Shown: positions 19,106-29,236, counted from the first letter of the stretch. The stretch: 64,000 bases of DNA from Pseudophaeobacter sp. EL27 (GCF_900313025.1 NZ_OMPQ01000008.1:394482-458481), one strand, 5' to 3'. Notes: a model not told the origin generated them from the letters alone. Numbers and translations: made by a program.

Positions 19106-19741
19106 TTAGTCCTGCGGCCCCATCGGGAACCGCGACCGACGCACTCGCGTTTTGAAATCCTTGCGCCCGTAGCGGGCGGTCATGTCGGCCTCATAGACCG
19201 CGATGAGCCGTCGGCCAACGGCACCACGGAAAGGCTCTTTGACAACCTGACGGTAGTTGGGTTTGCGCCCCATCCAGCGCAAAAGCTTTCGATTGCCGAT
19301 GGGATCGTGAATATGGTCATCAGCCGCGGTTGCGGGCCATTCATAGGGTACGGTCACGATGACCATATCGCTGATCTCAAGCAGCTTACGTGCAAAAGGC
19401 ACCACATCTGGAACATGTTCCAGCACCTGCAAGCAGGTGGCGACATCATATTTCTTGCCGCCAAAGTCATGCGTCAGGAAATCCCCTTGAATCCCCTCAA
19501 CCGTCGAGGAGCGATAAGGCTCTGCCATGTCAAAGGAGACACGTTCGGGGATCCAATCGAACCACTCAAGATAGGGGCAGCTCGCGGTTCCGATGTCGAT
19601 CATGGATTTGGCGTTCTTGCCCAGACTGCGCACGATATAGTCCAGGTAAGAGTAGTACATGAGATCCATGCGGTTTTGCCAATACTGCCCGGATTTGTAC
19701 CCAAGCAGGATATTTGGATCCACCTCATCAATACTCTTCAT
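19106..19741 (-). CDS. Class I SAM-dependent methyltransferase (Methyltransf_11/23-like)
   Basis: 211 aa. SAM motif I-like IDIGTASCPY and post-I acidic/LEHVPD motif. Codon usage is AT-richer than the neighbours. Confidence 0.55.
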   Translation of the reverse strand: MKSIDEVDPNILLGYKSGQYWQNRMDLMYYSYLDYIVRSLGKNAKSMIDIGTASCPYLEWFDWIPERVSFDMAEPYRSSTVEGIQGDFLTHDFGGKKYDVATCLQVLEHVPDVVPFARKLLEISDMVIVTVPYEWPATAADDHIHDPIGNRKLLRWMGRKPNYRQVVKEPFRGAVGRRLIAVYEADMTARYGRKDFKTRVRRSRFPMGPQD

Positions 19742-19909
19742 CCTAACAACACCCCTAACCTCAAAATCCTTATGGCCTAGACCTCCTCCTCACATGAAAC
19801 ATAGCGGGAAGTTTGGCTCAAATTTGTCCTGCTAAGAAGCCACAAAACGCCCCCGGGGTAAATCACCAAACAACCTTCTGGAGAGGTAAAATGAACGCCC
19901 GCGACGCGA

Positions 19910-20518
19910 TCAGACAGCCGATCTTAGCCGCCTGTGTTGCAGGTTGGAATTGACCCGATATAGCTCCAGGGCGATGAGCGGTACAAAATGCACTAAGGCC
20001 GGGCCTACCCCTCCCCAATTGTGAAGGGCTGCCCAGTGAACAAGGGTCAAGACAGCAGCGCCGTAGACACCGCGTTGCAACATCTTCCAATGCGGCCCAA
20101 GTTTGCGCAGCCAGCCATCCGTTGAGGTCACCGCAAGGGGCACAAAGATCAGCAAGGCCAGCCAGCCCGTCCAGATATAGAGTTTGGACAACTCATTGCC
20201 GGAATAGGCCACCACCCCTATGTCGATCAGATAGAGCACCGTATGCGCCGCTGCATAGCCAAAGGCTGCAACCCCCAGATACCGGCGCCGCTTCATCAGC
20301 CAACGTGGCCCCCGCCAGCCTCTGAAAAGCATCGTCAACGGGGTAATCATCATCGAAATGATCATGAAACGTGCTGCAAACTCACCTGTGGGGTGCAGCA
20401 GCATATGGATCGTTTTGGCATCTCCCGTGGCCAGCGCAGCTGTCATCGGGATTGCGGGCAGGCATAAGAGCGCCCAAAACGTATAAGGGTGATTTAGAAA
20501 GGATCGGACTGCGGACAT
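19910..20518 (-). CDS. Ferric reductase-like transmembrane domain protein (MsrQ/YedZ-like heme-binding membrane subunit)
   Basis: ~200 aa from the internal ATG (MSAVRSF) with a GGAGCC RBS. About 6 TM helices with conserved His in TM (AAAHTVLY, LVHWAALH). Confidence 0.5.
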   Translation of the reverse strand: MSAVRSFLNHPYTFWALLCLPAIPMTAALATGDAKTIHMLLHPTGEFAARFMIISMMITPLTMLFRGWRGPRWLMKRRRYLGVAAFGYAAAHTVLYLIDIGVVAYSGNELSKLYIWTGWLALLIFVPLAVTSTDGWLRKLGPHWKMLQRGVYGAAVLTLVHWAALHNWGGVGPALVHFVPLIALELYRVNSNLQHRRLRSAV

Positions 20519-20660
20519 ACTCAAGGCTCCAGAACTCGTGAAGCCTATACGGTTCAGCCCAACTTTTCCGTCGCTCTTTTCGATAGTAGTGGTGGAAAAC
20601 CCTGCCACCCCCGGTGTCGGCGCGCCAGTTGGTCAGCCCCGCCCTAGTTTGGCCAAGTCC

Positions 20661-21581
20661 TTAGGGCAAGAGTGCCAGGCGCTCCAAGAACAGCGTTTTC
20701 ACCGCTTTGGCATCCACCCCAAGGCACACCGAAGTATCCCCCCGGCTGCCCTTGTCCGCCACCAGTGTCTCCCCCGAGGTCTCGCCGGAACAGGACACGC
20801 GAATGGGCAGTTTCTTGACCTGGAACAGCTGCGGATGGCTACAGGCGATGACCGCTGCCGGGTCATGCAGGGAGCAGCCGTCAAACTTGCCCACGGTTTC
20901 ATAAAACCGCAGGTAGAACTCTGACATGGACTGCAACATCCCCCCCAATTCCGGCGACTGCGCCGCAATAGCGGTGAAATCCGCTTTGGTGCAGAGAATT
21001 TGGTGGGTCACATCCAAGCCAACCATTACCAGTTCGGCGCCCGATCCAAAAACCACATCCGCCGCATCGGGGTCGTGATAGATATTGGCCTCCGCATGCG
21101 GGGTGATATTGCCGCCTTCCTCCAACGAGCCGCCCATGATGACGATACGTTTGAGGTTTTTGACAAACTCAGGGTCGCGCTGAATGGCCAGCGCGATGTT
21201 GGTCAGCGGGCCAATAGGACAGAGTACCAACTCACCTTTATGTTCGCGCGCCATGCGGATCAGGAAATCGGCGGCCTCCTCGGCCAGAGGCGCGCCTTTG
21301 GGCTCTGCAGCTGGAATATCCCCAAACCCTTGCGCACCGTGAACCTGGGCTGAGGGCTTAAAAGGCGGCAAAGACAGGGGCACGCGCGCACCCTCGGCAA
21401 CTGGCACCTGCAGATCCGCTGCTTCGAGCAGGCGCAGGGCGTTTCGGGTCGCAATCTCAGTGGTGACATTGCCAAAAATCGTGGTGAGCCCCAACAGCGA
21501 AATCTCTGGTGCCGCCGCCGCATAGAAGATCGCCATGGCGTCGTCGATGCCAGGATCCGTGTCGATAATCAGTTTCATCAT
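20661..21581 (-). CDS. Nucleoside hydrolase (IU-NH family, RihA/RihB-like)
   Basis: N-terminal DTDPGIDDA motif. Start taken at the internal MMKLII with a GGAGACAGC RBS. Confidence 0.8.
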   Translation of the reverse strand: MMKLIIDTDPGIDDAMAIFYAAAAPEISLLGLTTIFGNVTTEIATRNALRLLEAADLQVPVAEGARVPLSLPPFKPSAQVHGAQGFGDIPAAEPKGAPLAEEAADFLIRMAREHKGELVLCPIGPLTNIALAIQRDPEFVKNLKRIVIMGGSLEEGGNITPHAEANIYHDPDAADVVFGSGAELVMVGLDVTHQILCTKADFTAIAAQSPELGGMLQSMSEFYLRFYETVGKFDGCSLHDPAAVIACSHPQLFQVKKLPIRVSCSGETSGETLVADKGSRGDTSVCLGVDAKAVKTLFLERLALLP

Positions 21582-21759
21582 AGCTGTCTCCGCCTCACTC
21601 ACCCCGCCGGCCTAACATTTCCCCCAGTGCCCCGGCAAGCCGTCCACTGGCTGACCGCAACGATGCCACATAAGCAAAACGCCCATGCAGTCTCTGCGCG
21701 GGCGCTTGCGAATACCTCTGATGACCGCCCCACCAAACCGGGGCAATCCAAAGGCAGGA

Positions 21760-22857
21760 TCAGGTATTGAACAGGAAGTGCATCACATCGCCGTCTTTGA
21801 CGATGTAGGATTTACCCTCGGCCCGCATCTTGCCAGCCTCTTTGGCACCCTGCTCCCCATTGCAGGCGATAAAATCGTCATAGGCAATGGTTTCGGCGCG
21901 GATGAAGCCCTTTTCAAAGTCACCGTGGATAACCCCAGCCGCCTGTGGCCCGGAAGTGCCCTCACGGATCGTCCAGGCGCGGGCCTCTTTGGGGCCAACG
22001 GTGAAATAGGTCTCCAGATGCAACAGCTCATAGCCCGCTCGGATTAGCCGGTCGAGACCGGCCTCTTCGAGGCCCATTTCCTCGAGGAACATTTGTGCTT
22101 CCTCGGCTTCGAGCTGGCTGATCTCTTCTTCGATCTGCGCCGAGATAACCACATGGGAATTGCCCTGAGCTGCCGCCATCTCAGCGACTTTGGCAGAATG
22201 CGCGTTGCCTTCAGCTGATTCCGACTCACCCACATTGCAGACATAGAGCACCGGCTTGGTGCTCAGCAGCTGCAGCATCTTCCAGGCTTTGGCGTCTTCG
22301 TCGTCGACTTCGACCAGGCGCGCGGGCTTGCCCTCTTCCAACATCGCCTGGGCTTCGGCCAGCAAACGCTCTTGCTGCTGGGCCTCTTTGTCGTTGCCTT
22401 TCAGCTTGCGAACCAGATTAGCGCGACGTTTCTCGATGCTCTCTAGATCCGCCAGCATCAGCTCGGTCTCGATGGTTTCGGCATCTGCAACCGGGTCAAC
22501 GCGACCGTCGACATGGGTCACGTCACCGTCCTCAAAGCAGCGCAAAACATGAGCAATTGCATCGGTTTCGCGGATATTGGCCAGGAACTGATTGCCCAGT
22601 CCCTCGCCCTTGGAGGCGCCTTTGACCAGTCCGGCAATATCCACAAAGGTCATCCGTGTTGGGATGATCTGCTTGGAACCGGCAATCGCTGCCAGCTTAT
22701 CCAGACGGCTGTCCGGCACGCCGACTTCACCGACATTGGGTTCGATGGTACAGAACGGAAAATTCGCCGCCTGCGCCGATGCGGTTTTGGTCAATGCGTT
22801 GAACAAGGTCGACTTGCCGACGTTCGGCAGGCCCACAATTCCCATTTTAAAGCCCAT
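21760..22857 (-). CDS. ychF: Redox-regulated ribosome-binding ATPase YchF
   Basis: [19 protein letters not shown]-loop and C-terminal TGS domain. 366 aa from the internal ATG with an AGGAGG RBS; the tool ORF is over-extended. Confidence 0.9.
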   Translation of the reverse strand: MGFKMGIVGLPNVGKSTLFNALTKTASAQAANFPFCTIEPNVGEVGVPDSRLDKLAAIAGSKQIIPTRMTFVDIAGLVKGASKGEGLGNQFLANIRETDAIAHVLRCFEDGDVTHVDGRVDPVADAETIETELMLADLESIEKRRANLVRKLKGNDKEAQQQERLLAEAQAMLEEGKPARLVEVDDEDAKAWKMLQLLSTKPVLYVCNVGESESAEGNAHSAKVAEMAAAQGNSHVVISAQIEEEISQLEAEEAQMFLEEMGLEEAGLDRLIRAGYELLHLETYFTVGPKEARAWTIREGTSGPQAAGVIHGDFEKGFIRAETIAYDDFIACNGEQGAKEAGKMRAEGKSYIVKDGDVMHFLFNT

Positions 22858-23083
22858 CTCAGCCTCCTGATGCCATTTGGGAAAGGCTTCTAGGCAGCAT
22901 TGCCTCTCGGCGCAAGGCAGCATTGCCCCTCGCTCGCGACTCGAGCTATCTCTTGACCCCCTATATGACTCTGTGAAATGTAAAAAAGCCTTCACACATT
23001 TTCTCGTAAACGTGTAGGGAGGTTTAAAAACGATATGTGCTATCTTAACTCCTCCCAAGTTCCACGATGTTATGGGGAAAGAA

Positions 23084-23578
23084 ATGAAAAACAACATTCT
23101 GCTATCAACAGTTTTGGCCGTTGGCTTTGCAAGCTCTGCCCTTGGTCAGGAAATCGTTCTTGGTGCAGGCTATTCTGACTATTCTCTGCAGGGGTCAGAG
23201 GACGGCGTAACTTTGTCAATGGAGTACATTCACCGTCCCTTTTATGAAGGGCGTGTTTTTTCCGCCCGCCTGGCAGGCGCACTTGAAGTCGTCGAAACCG
23301 GCGATGCCTTTGTTGGTGGCGGTGTGAGTGGCAAATGGGATCTACAACAGGACTGGTTTATCTCGGCCAGTGTCTTACCAGGAGCCTATGTCGAAGGGAC
23401 CTCCTTGAATGATCTTGGTTCCACCTTTGAGATCCGCAGCCAGCTGGCCGTCGGCAAACGGTTCAAAAGCGGCAAGGCGCTGTCATTGGCGCTGAGCCAC
23501 AAGTCCAATGCCTCGACAGCCTCGATCAATCCCGGTGTGAACACCCTGTCTCTGCGCTGGCATATTCCGCTGAACTAG
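23084..23578 (+). CDS. Lipid A 3-O-deacylase (PagL)-like outer membrane beta-barrel / acyloxyacyl hydrolase family
   Basis: Signal peptide, alternating beta-strand pattern and LSHKSNASTASINPG near the C-terminus. Weak family call. Confidence 0.5.
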   Translation: MKNNILLSTVLAVGFASSALGQEIVLGAGYSDYSLQGSEDGVTLSMEYIHRPFYEGRVFSARLAGALEVVETGDAFVGGGVSGKWDLQQDWFISASVLPGAYVEGTSLNDLGSTFEIRSQLAVGKRFKSGKALSLALSHKSNASTASINPGVNTLSLRWHIPLN

Positions 23579-23669
23579 TGGCAGCAAAACACAAATGGGG
23601 CCTGGCTCGGGATTGATTTCCCCGGCAACTTTCGGCACACCGGAGCGGTAAGTTGCAAGAGGCCCCATC

Positions 23670-24461
23670 ATGACCCGTATTGACGCAAAATTCGCCGAAC
23701 TCAAAGCCGCCGGCAAAAAGGCCTTTGTGTCCTATGTCATGGCCGGTGATCCTGACTATGATCTCTCGCTCGAGCTGGTAAAAGGGCTGCCCGCAGCTGG
23801 CGTCGATATCATCGAGCTTGGTCTTCCTTTCACTGATCCAATGGCCGATGGCCCCACCATTCAGTTGGCAGGTCAGCGGGCGCTTGATGTCGGCATGACC
23901 CTGGAAAAGACCCTGCAACTGGCTGCGGAGTTCCGCAAGGAAGACGACACCACCCCGATTGTTTTGATGGGCTATTACAACCCGATCTACAATCGCGGCG
24001 TTGAGACCTTCCTCACGGATGCCAAGGCCGCCGGTATTGATGGGTTGATCGTGGTCGACCTGCCGCCGGAAGAAGACGAAGAGCTCTGCATTCCGGCGCA
24101 ACAGGCAGGGCTGAATTTCATCCGTCTAGCGACCCCCACCACGGATGACAAACGCCTGCCCACCGTGCTGCAAAATACCTCTGGCTTTGTCTACTACGTC
24201 TCCGTCACCGGCATCACCGGCGCCGCCGAGGCCCAGGCTGGGGATGTTGGCCCCGAAGTGGCCCGGATCAAATCCGCCACTGACCTCCCCGTCATCGTTG
24301 GCTTTGGTATCAACACACCGGAAAAGGCACAGAACATCGCTTCGATCTCGGATGGCGCCGTCGTCGGCAGCGCCATCGTCAGCAAGATGGCCGAGAGCCA
24401 ATCCGTATCTGACACTTTGGCCTTTGTAAAATCGCTCGCAGATGGCGCCCATAAAGGCTAA
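23670..24461 (+). CDS. trpA: Tryptophan synthase alpha subunit
   Basis: 263 aa. [13 protein letters not shown]...[18 protein letters not shown] is canonical TrpA. Confidence 0.9.
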   Translation: MTRIDAKFAELKAAGKKAFVSYVMAGDPDYDLSLELVKGLPAAGVDIIELGLPFTDPMADGPTIQLAGQRALDVGMTLEKTLQLAAEFRKEDDTTPIVLMGYYNPIYNRGVETFLTDAKAAGIDGLIVVDLPPEEDEELCIPAQQAGLNFIRLATPTTDDKRLPTVLQNTSGFVYYVSVTGITGAAEAQAGDVGPEVARIKSATDLPVIVGFGINTPEKAQNIASISDGAVVGSAIVSKMAESQSVSDTLAFVKSLADGAHKG

Positions 24462-24601
24462 CCAGACTTCACGATTTTCGTCCTGTTATGGCCGCGCCTC
24501 TGGGTGCGGCCATTTGCGTTTTAGGAATATCGCACTGAGTATTGCAGCGAGAGGTAAAAATTGGTAAGGAAACTTTACCACATCAGAGCGAGGGTTCATC
24601 C

Positions 24602-25768
24602 GTGCCGGTCATTACCAATATTCAGGATCTGAAACGCATCTACGAGCGGCGGGTGCCGCGGATGTTTTTTGACTACGCAGAGAGCGGCAGCTGGACCGAA
24701 CAGACCTTTCGTGAAAACACCTCTGATTTTGAACAGATCCGCCTGCGCCAGCGCGTCGCCGTGGATATGTCGGGACGCAGCACAGCAGCGCAGATGATCG
24801 GCGAAGATGTCTCCATGCCTGTCTCTCTGGCGCCGGTTGGTCTCACTGGCATGCAACATGCCGATGGCGAGATCAAAGCAGCCAAAGCAGCCGAAGAGTT
24901 TGGCGTGCCCTTTACACTCTCGACCATGTCGATCAACTCGATAGAGGATGTCGCTGAGGCCACGACCAAGCCCTTTTGGTTCCAGCTTTATACCATGAAC
25001 GACGAAGACTATGTGCGCCGCCTGATCCAACGCGCCAAAGACGCCAAATGCTCAGCCCTGGTGATCACCCTGGATCTGCAGATCCTCGGTCAGCGCCACA
25101 AGGATCTGAAAAACGGCCTCTCCGCCCCGCCAAAACTGACGCCAAAAACCATTGCCAACCTGATGACCAAATGGGCCTGGGGCATCGAGATGCTCGGCGC
25201 CAAACGGCGCGAGTTTGGCAATATTGTCGGCCATGTCGAAGGCATCTCCGATGCCTCCTCATTGGGGGCCTGGACCGCAGAGCAATTCGATCTCTCGCTG
25301 GACTGGGGCAAAATTGCCAAGCTCAAAGAGATGTGGGGCGGCAAGGTGATCCTCAAAGGCATCCTGGACGCCGAAGACGCCAGGATGGCCGTCAAAGTGG
25401 GGGCCGATGCCATTGTTGTTTCCAACCACGGCGGGCGTCAGCTGGACGGCGCGCTCAGCTCGATCCGCATGCTGCCACAGATCCTGGATGCGGTTGGTGG
25501 CGAGGTCGAAGTGATCCTGGACAGCGGTATTCGATCTGGCCAGGACGTCCTGAAATCGCTCGCGATGGGCGCCAATGGCACCATGATCGGCCGCGCCTTT
25601 GTCTACGGGCTGGGGGCTATGGGGCAAAAGGGTGTCACCAAGGCACTGGAGGTGATCCACAAGGAGCTAGACACCACCATGGCGCTTTGTGGTGAGCGCG
25701 ATATTGCCAATCTTGGTCGGCACAACCTGCTGATCCCAAAGAACTTTGAAGGCGACTGGCAGGGTTGA
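24602..25768 (+). CDS. FMN-dependent alpha-hydroxy acid dehydrogenase (L-lactate dehydrogenase LldD-like)
   Basis: TIM-barrel FMN motifs (SNHGGRQLDG, DSGIRSG). Probable GTG start with a GAGGG RBS; the tool ORF begins at an upstream TTG. Confidence 0.8.
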   Translation: MPVITNIQDLKRIYERRVPRMFFDYAESGSWTEQTFRENTSDFEQIRLRQRVAVDMSGRSTAAQMIGEDVSMPVSLAPVGLTGMQHADGEIKAAKAAEEFGVPFTLSTMSINSIEDVAEATTKPFWFQLYTMNDEDYVRRLIQRAKDAKCSALVITLDLQILGQRHKDLKNGLSAPPKLTPKTIANLMTKWAWGIEMLGAKRREFGNIVGHVEGISDASSLGAWTAEQFDLSLDWGKIAKLKEMWGGKVILKGILDAEDARMAVKVGADAIVVSNHGGRQLDGALSSIRMLPQILDAVGGEVEVILDSGIRSGQDVLKSLAMGANGTMIGRAFVYGLGAMGQKGVTKALEVIHKELDTTMALCGERDIANLGRHNLLIPKNFEGDWQG

Positions 25769-25784
25769 TCCTGGCGGTATGCGA

Positions 25785-26489
25785 TCAAAAAATCCGGTCC
25801 TGAAACCAGATCAGGGCCGGATAGGCGCAAAGCCAAATCCAGAAAAACCGGTTCAGACCAAAGAAACAGGCATTGGAAAAGTGAAACCCGGCAGCGCAGA
25901 GCAGTGCCAGCTTCAGTGCCACAGGATCCAGCAGAGCCAGCGGAAAGACCAGCTCAAACAGGATCACCGCCCAGCCCATAACAAACAGAAAACGCGGGCG
26001 CTCTGCCAGGGAGCGCAGCGCCTCGCTCACGGGATAGGCAGAAAAGCGAAACACGTCACAGAGCGCCTCACCGCAGCGCCATTCTGGGTTCACCACCTTG
26101 ACCCAGCCGGAAACAAAATAGGACAGCACCAGCTGCACCGCCAGATAAGACAGCGCCATTTCCTGCCAAAACGGCGTTGGCGCCAGATGAGCGAGGCTGA
26201 GACAGCTGAGGATCAGCATGGTCATCTTGTCGCTGCCGCCATTATAGGGCCCCTGATACCGCCTGAGCATCGCCAGGCTAATCACCCAGAGCCCCCAGAC
26301 CGGCCAGGCACCGCCGATTCCCAGCCCCATGGCACCACAGAGCATGAGGCGCGGTACAAAGATCATCCGATCCCCCCGCACCAGATGCTCCAGGCTTTGC
26401 TGACCAATGGCAAAGGAAAGCAATAGCTGCATCCAGCCCATCGCCTCCCCAGCAGTGAGGCTCGACTGCAAAAATACCAGCGCACTCAT
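25785..26489 (-). CDS. Polytopic integral membrane protein (possible HTTM/SdpB-like), conserved hypothetical
   Basis: 234 aa with ~6 TM segments. 4-nt overlap with the upstream small gene. Confidence 0.4.
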   Translation of the reverse strand: MSALVFLQSSLTAGEAMGWMQLLLSFAIGQQSLEHLVRGDRMIFVPRLMLCGAMGLGIGGAWPVWGLWVISLAMLRRYQGPYNGGSDKMTMLILSCLSLAHLAPTPFWQEMALSYLAVQLVLSYFVSGWVKVVNPEWRCGEALCDVFRFSAYPVSEALRSLAERPRFLFVMGWAVILFELVFPLALLDPVALKLALLCAAGFHFSNACFFGLNRFFWIWLCAYPALIWFQDRIF

Positions 26490-26929
26490 GCCGCCACCGC
26501 CTGCAAACTGGCCAAGGCCACCTGGGTGCTTTCATACTCCACCAGCTTGACCAGCCGAGCCCCCTCACGTGACAAAAACACCAGACGAAACTGCAACATC
26601 TGCGCCCCCTCAGGCAGAGTCCGGGCAACCCTCAGATTGATCTCATCCACACTATGCTGGCTTGGCGCTTCGATCAGCCTCTCAGAACAGCTGACAAGAT
26701 AAAGCTGCTCGTTCCAGTCCGGGTTCCACAGCATGCGGCGCAAGACCTGACCCAGCCCCAGATGGGTCGGTCGCGGGCGGTCCTCTTGCCAGTCCCCAAT
26801 GCTCTCCCCCTCAATAAGGCGGTATTCAATCCGCGGCGAGGGGGCCACGGTCTTGAAGAATCGCCAAGAGGGAATCACCGTCGGCAAAAAGAGTGAAAGT
26901 AGACGCAGCACCGCAGCAGGCTCCAGCAA
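26486..26929 (-). CDS. Conserved hypothetical protein (possible SdpA-like partner of the downstream membrane protein)
   Basis: 147 aa. Translationally coupled to the 25785..26489 gene. Confidence 0.4.
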   Translation of the reverse strand: MLEPAAVLRLLSLFLPTVIPSWRFFKTVAPSPRIEYRLIEGESIGDWQEDRPRPTHLGLGQVLRRMLWNPDWNEQLYLVSCSERLIEAPSQHSVDEINLRVARTLPEGAQMLQFRLVFLSREGARLVKLVEYESTQVALASLQAVAA

Positions 26930-27003
26930 ATGAATATTGCTCTCCAGATTAGTCGGCGGCCTTTAACACTTCCTTTTGCCCACCCTGTTTCTTTCGGCGC
27001 ATC

Positions 27004-27075
27004 ACTCCCCTTTGCCATTTCATTTGGCCATAAATATCCCGGGGGGAGGCCACAGGCCGGGGGGCAGCGCCCCCA
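27004..27075. repeat. Intergenic GC-hairpin repeat element, copy A (…tttcatttggccataaatatcccggggg…gggggcagcgccccc)
   Basis: Shares two blocks, catttggccNNaaatatcccggggg and gggggcagcgccccc, with the second copy at 54048..54135. Contains palindromes cccggg and gggggc-agc-gccccc. Confidence 0.45.
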
Positions 27076-27192
27076 ATCGCCCGCTTCAACCAAAGACCCC
27101 CTTGCGAGAACCCTAAATCCCCTGTAAGGGCAGGCCTTCACGTGGGGTGACAGCCTTGGAGGCACCCTGCATAGATATATTGGAGAATTAAG

Positions 27193-27819
27193 ATGGCAAA
27201 AGAGATTCCTGATCTCGTCGCCGAGGAACGTGCGGGGACGGGCAAGGGCGCCGCTCGCGCAGCACGTCGTGCTGGCATGGTTCCTGGTGTTGTTTACGGT
27301 GGTGACGCGGATCCTCTGTCGATCCAGATCCCTTTCAACGTTCTGTTGAAAAAGCTGAAAGCCGGCAAATTCAAGTCCACCCTGTGGAACCTGAAAGTTG
27401 AAGGCCAGGAAGACGTGCGCGTGATCTGCCGCGACGTTCAGCGTGATGTTGTCAAAGACCTGCCAACCCACCTCGACCTGATGCGCCTGCGCCGGACTTC
27501 GGAAATCAACCTGTTCATCCCGGTTGAATTCATCAACGAAGACACCTGCCCCGGCGTCAAAAAAGGCGGCATGCTCGCAGTTGTTCGTCCTGAGGTCGAG
27601 CTGGTTGTGACCGCTGGTGATATTCCTGAGAAGCTCACCGTTGATCTGGCGAACAGCCAAATTGGCGATGTGATCACCATCTCGTCGATCGAGCTGCCCA
27701 AAGGTGCACGCCCAACAATCGACCGTGACTTCGTTGTTGCAAACATCGCAGCACCCGGCGGCATCTCTGCCTCCGACGAAGACGAAGAAGGCGGCGAAGA
27801 GGCTGCTGCCGAAGAATAA
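27193..27819 (+). CDS. rplY: 50S ribosomal protein L25 / general stress protein Ctc
   Basis: 208 aa. L25/Ctc N-domain and C-terminal acidic tail ([14 protein letters not shown]). Confidence 0.9.
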   Translation: MAKEIPDLVAEERAGTGKGAARAARRAGMVPGVVYGGDADPLSIQIPFNVLLKKLKAGKFKSTLWNLKVEGQEDVRVICRDVQRDVVKDLPTHLDLMRLRRTSEINLFIPVEFINEDTCPGVKKGGMLAVVRPEVELVVTAGDIPEKLTVDLANSQIGDVITISSIELPKGARPTIDRDFVVANIAAPGGISASDEDEEGGEEAAAEE

Positions 27820-27847
27820 GATCACCGCCCCAATGGGGATGTGATGA

Positions 27848-27877
27848 AACGGGGTCCTTCGGGGCCCCGTTTTTTTC
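27848..27877 (+). terminator. Rho-independent terminator after rplY
   Basis: aaacGGGGtCCttcgGGggCCCCgttttttt. Confidence 0.6.
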
Positions 27878-28486
27878 CGGCGATAGCCTGCCTCTAGCTC
27901 CTGCCCCTGCAGATTTGGTATCTACCCAGCCCAACAGAATCGGCGCAGCCCAAAAAAGTAAAACAACCCATAAATCCGCAAAAACTGTTCAAAAAAAGGG
28001 ACAAGCTCTAAACAGAATCCTTGTCCTTACAAACCTCTCGTTTGCCTTTTCCCATCAGGCTCCCATTTATCATTAGTAAGGGGTGATGTGAGATGATGGA
28101 TAGATTGGAGCAAGAAGAAGCCAAGCTGCGCAGAAGGCTGTTGTTCAGAATTTTGCGAGGGTTCAATTTTGACTCCCCCAGATTTGGCGGTGAGACCATA
28201 TCGGATCCAATTCCGCGCCATTTGCTGGGCAAGGAAGCAGAGTATCTCCTACCGCAAAGAGGCGTGCAAAGAATTTGATGCTCTAATTGCCCCCTAAGGG
28301 CGCCAGAGCCGATCTTTGCAGGAGTGCCTCTCCTGCGAGATTTCTCCGCCCTGCAGATGGCTGCTCTGGAGTTTTGCCAAAAACCTCTTCATATAGCGTC
28401 AAAGACTGGGACTTGGCTGCCTGCCCCGGATGGAATTGCAGACAGTCAAGGACAGGCAGCGCCCTACACTTAGGATGAGACAGGCC

Positions 28487-29236
28487 ATGAAACTCTTTGT
28501 TGGGCTCGGGAACCCCGGTGCCAAATATGCCCGTAACCGGCATAATATCGGCTTTATGGCGCTGGACGAAATTGCCACTGACCATGGGTTTTCACCCTGG
28601 AAATCCAAGTTCCAGGCCCAGCTCTGCGAGGGAAACCTGGGCGGCATCAAAGTCATTTTACTCAAACCACAGACCTTCATGAACCTCTCTGGCCAGGCGG
28701 TTGGCGAGGCGATGCGCTTTTACAAACTGACCAGCGAAGATGTCACCGTGTTGCACGACGAGCTGGATCTGGCGCCGGGAAAATGCCGGGTCAAACAGGG
28801 CGGCGGCCATGCCGGCCATAACGGGCTGCGCTCATTGCAATCCCATATCGGGGCCGATTATGGCCGGGTGCGACTGGGGGTTGGACACCCCGGCCATAAG
28901 GATGCCGTTGCGGGCTATGTGCTGCGCGATTTCCCCAAGGCCGATGAGGCCTGGCTGGATGATCTTCTGCGTGGCATCTCAGATGGCGCCGCAGCGCTGG
29001 CCGCAGGGGATGGCGGCAAATTCATGAATGCCGTGTCCCTGCGTGTGGCCCCCCCGCGCAGCTCGACCGGATCAAAACCTACCGGATCAAATTCCTCCAA
29101 GGCCAAGCAATCCACCAATCAGCAGCCGTCACAAGAGCCTGTGACCCAGCAAGTAAAGCCACAGGGGAAACCTGCCGCGGTTCAAGAACCTGACTCCCGC
29201 TCGGCGTTGGAAAAACTGGTCGATAAGTTCAAATAG
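28487..29236 (+). CDS. pth: Peptidyl-tRNA hydrolase with ~60-aa low-complexity C-terminal extension
   Basis: MKLFVGLGNPG...RHNIGF...HNGLRS Pth core, then a Ser/Thr/Gln/Pro-rich tail. Internal ATG start with an AGGA RBS. Confidence 0.85.
   Translation: MKLFVGLGNPGAKYARNRHNIGFMALDEIATDHGFSPWKSKFQAQLCEGNLGGIKVILLKPQTFMNLSGQAVGEAMRFYKLTSEDVTVLHDELDLAPGKCRVKQGGGHAGHNGLRSLQSHIGADYGRVRLGVGHPGHKDAVAGYVLRDFPKADEAWLDDLLRGISDGAAALAAGDGGKFMNAVSLRVAPPRSSTGSKPTGSNSSKAKQSTNQQPSQEPVTQQVKPQGKPAAVQEPDSRSALEKLVDKFK

Noticed and set aside
21760-23097. N-terminal 80-aa extension of YchF in the tool ORF
   Set aside because: The conserved YchF start ([16 protein letters not shown]) has a perfect AGGAGG RBS. The upstream extension is non-conserved read-through.
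26875-27825. 316-aa ORF antisense to rplY
   Set aside because: It fully overlaps a ribosomal protein gene with strong sense-strand identity. Cys/Arg-rich GC-shadow translation.
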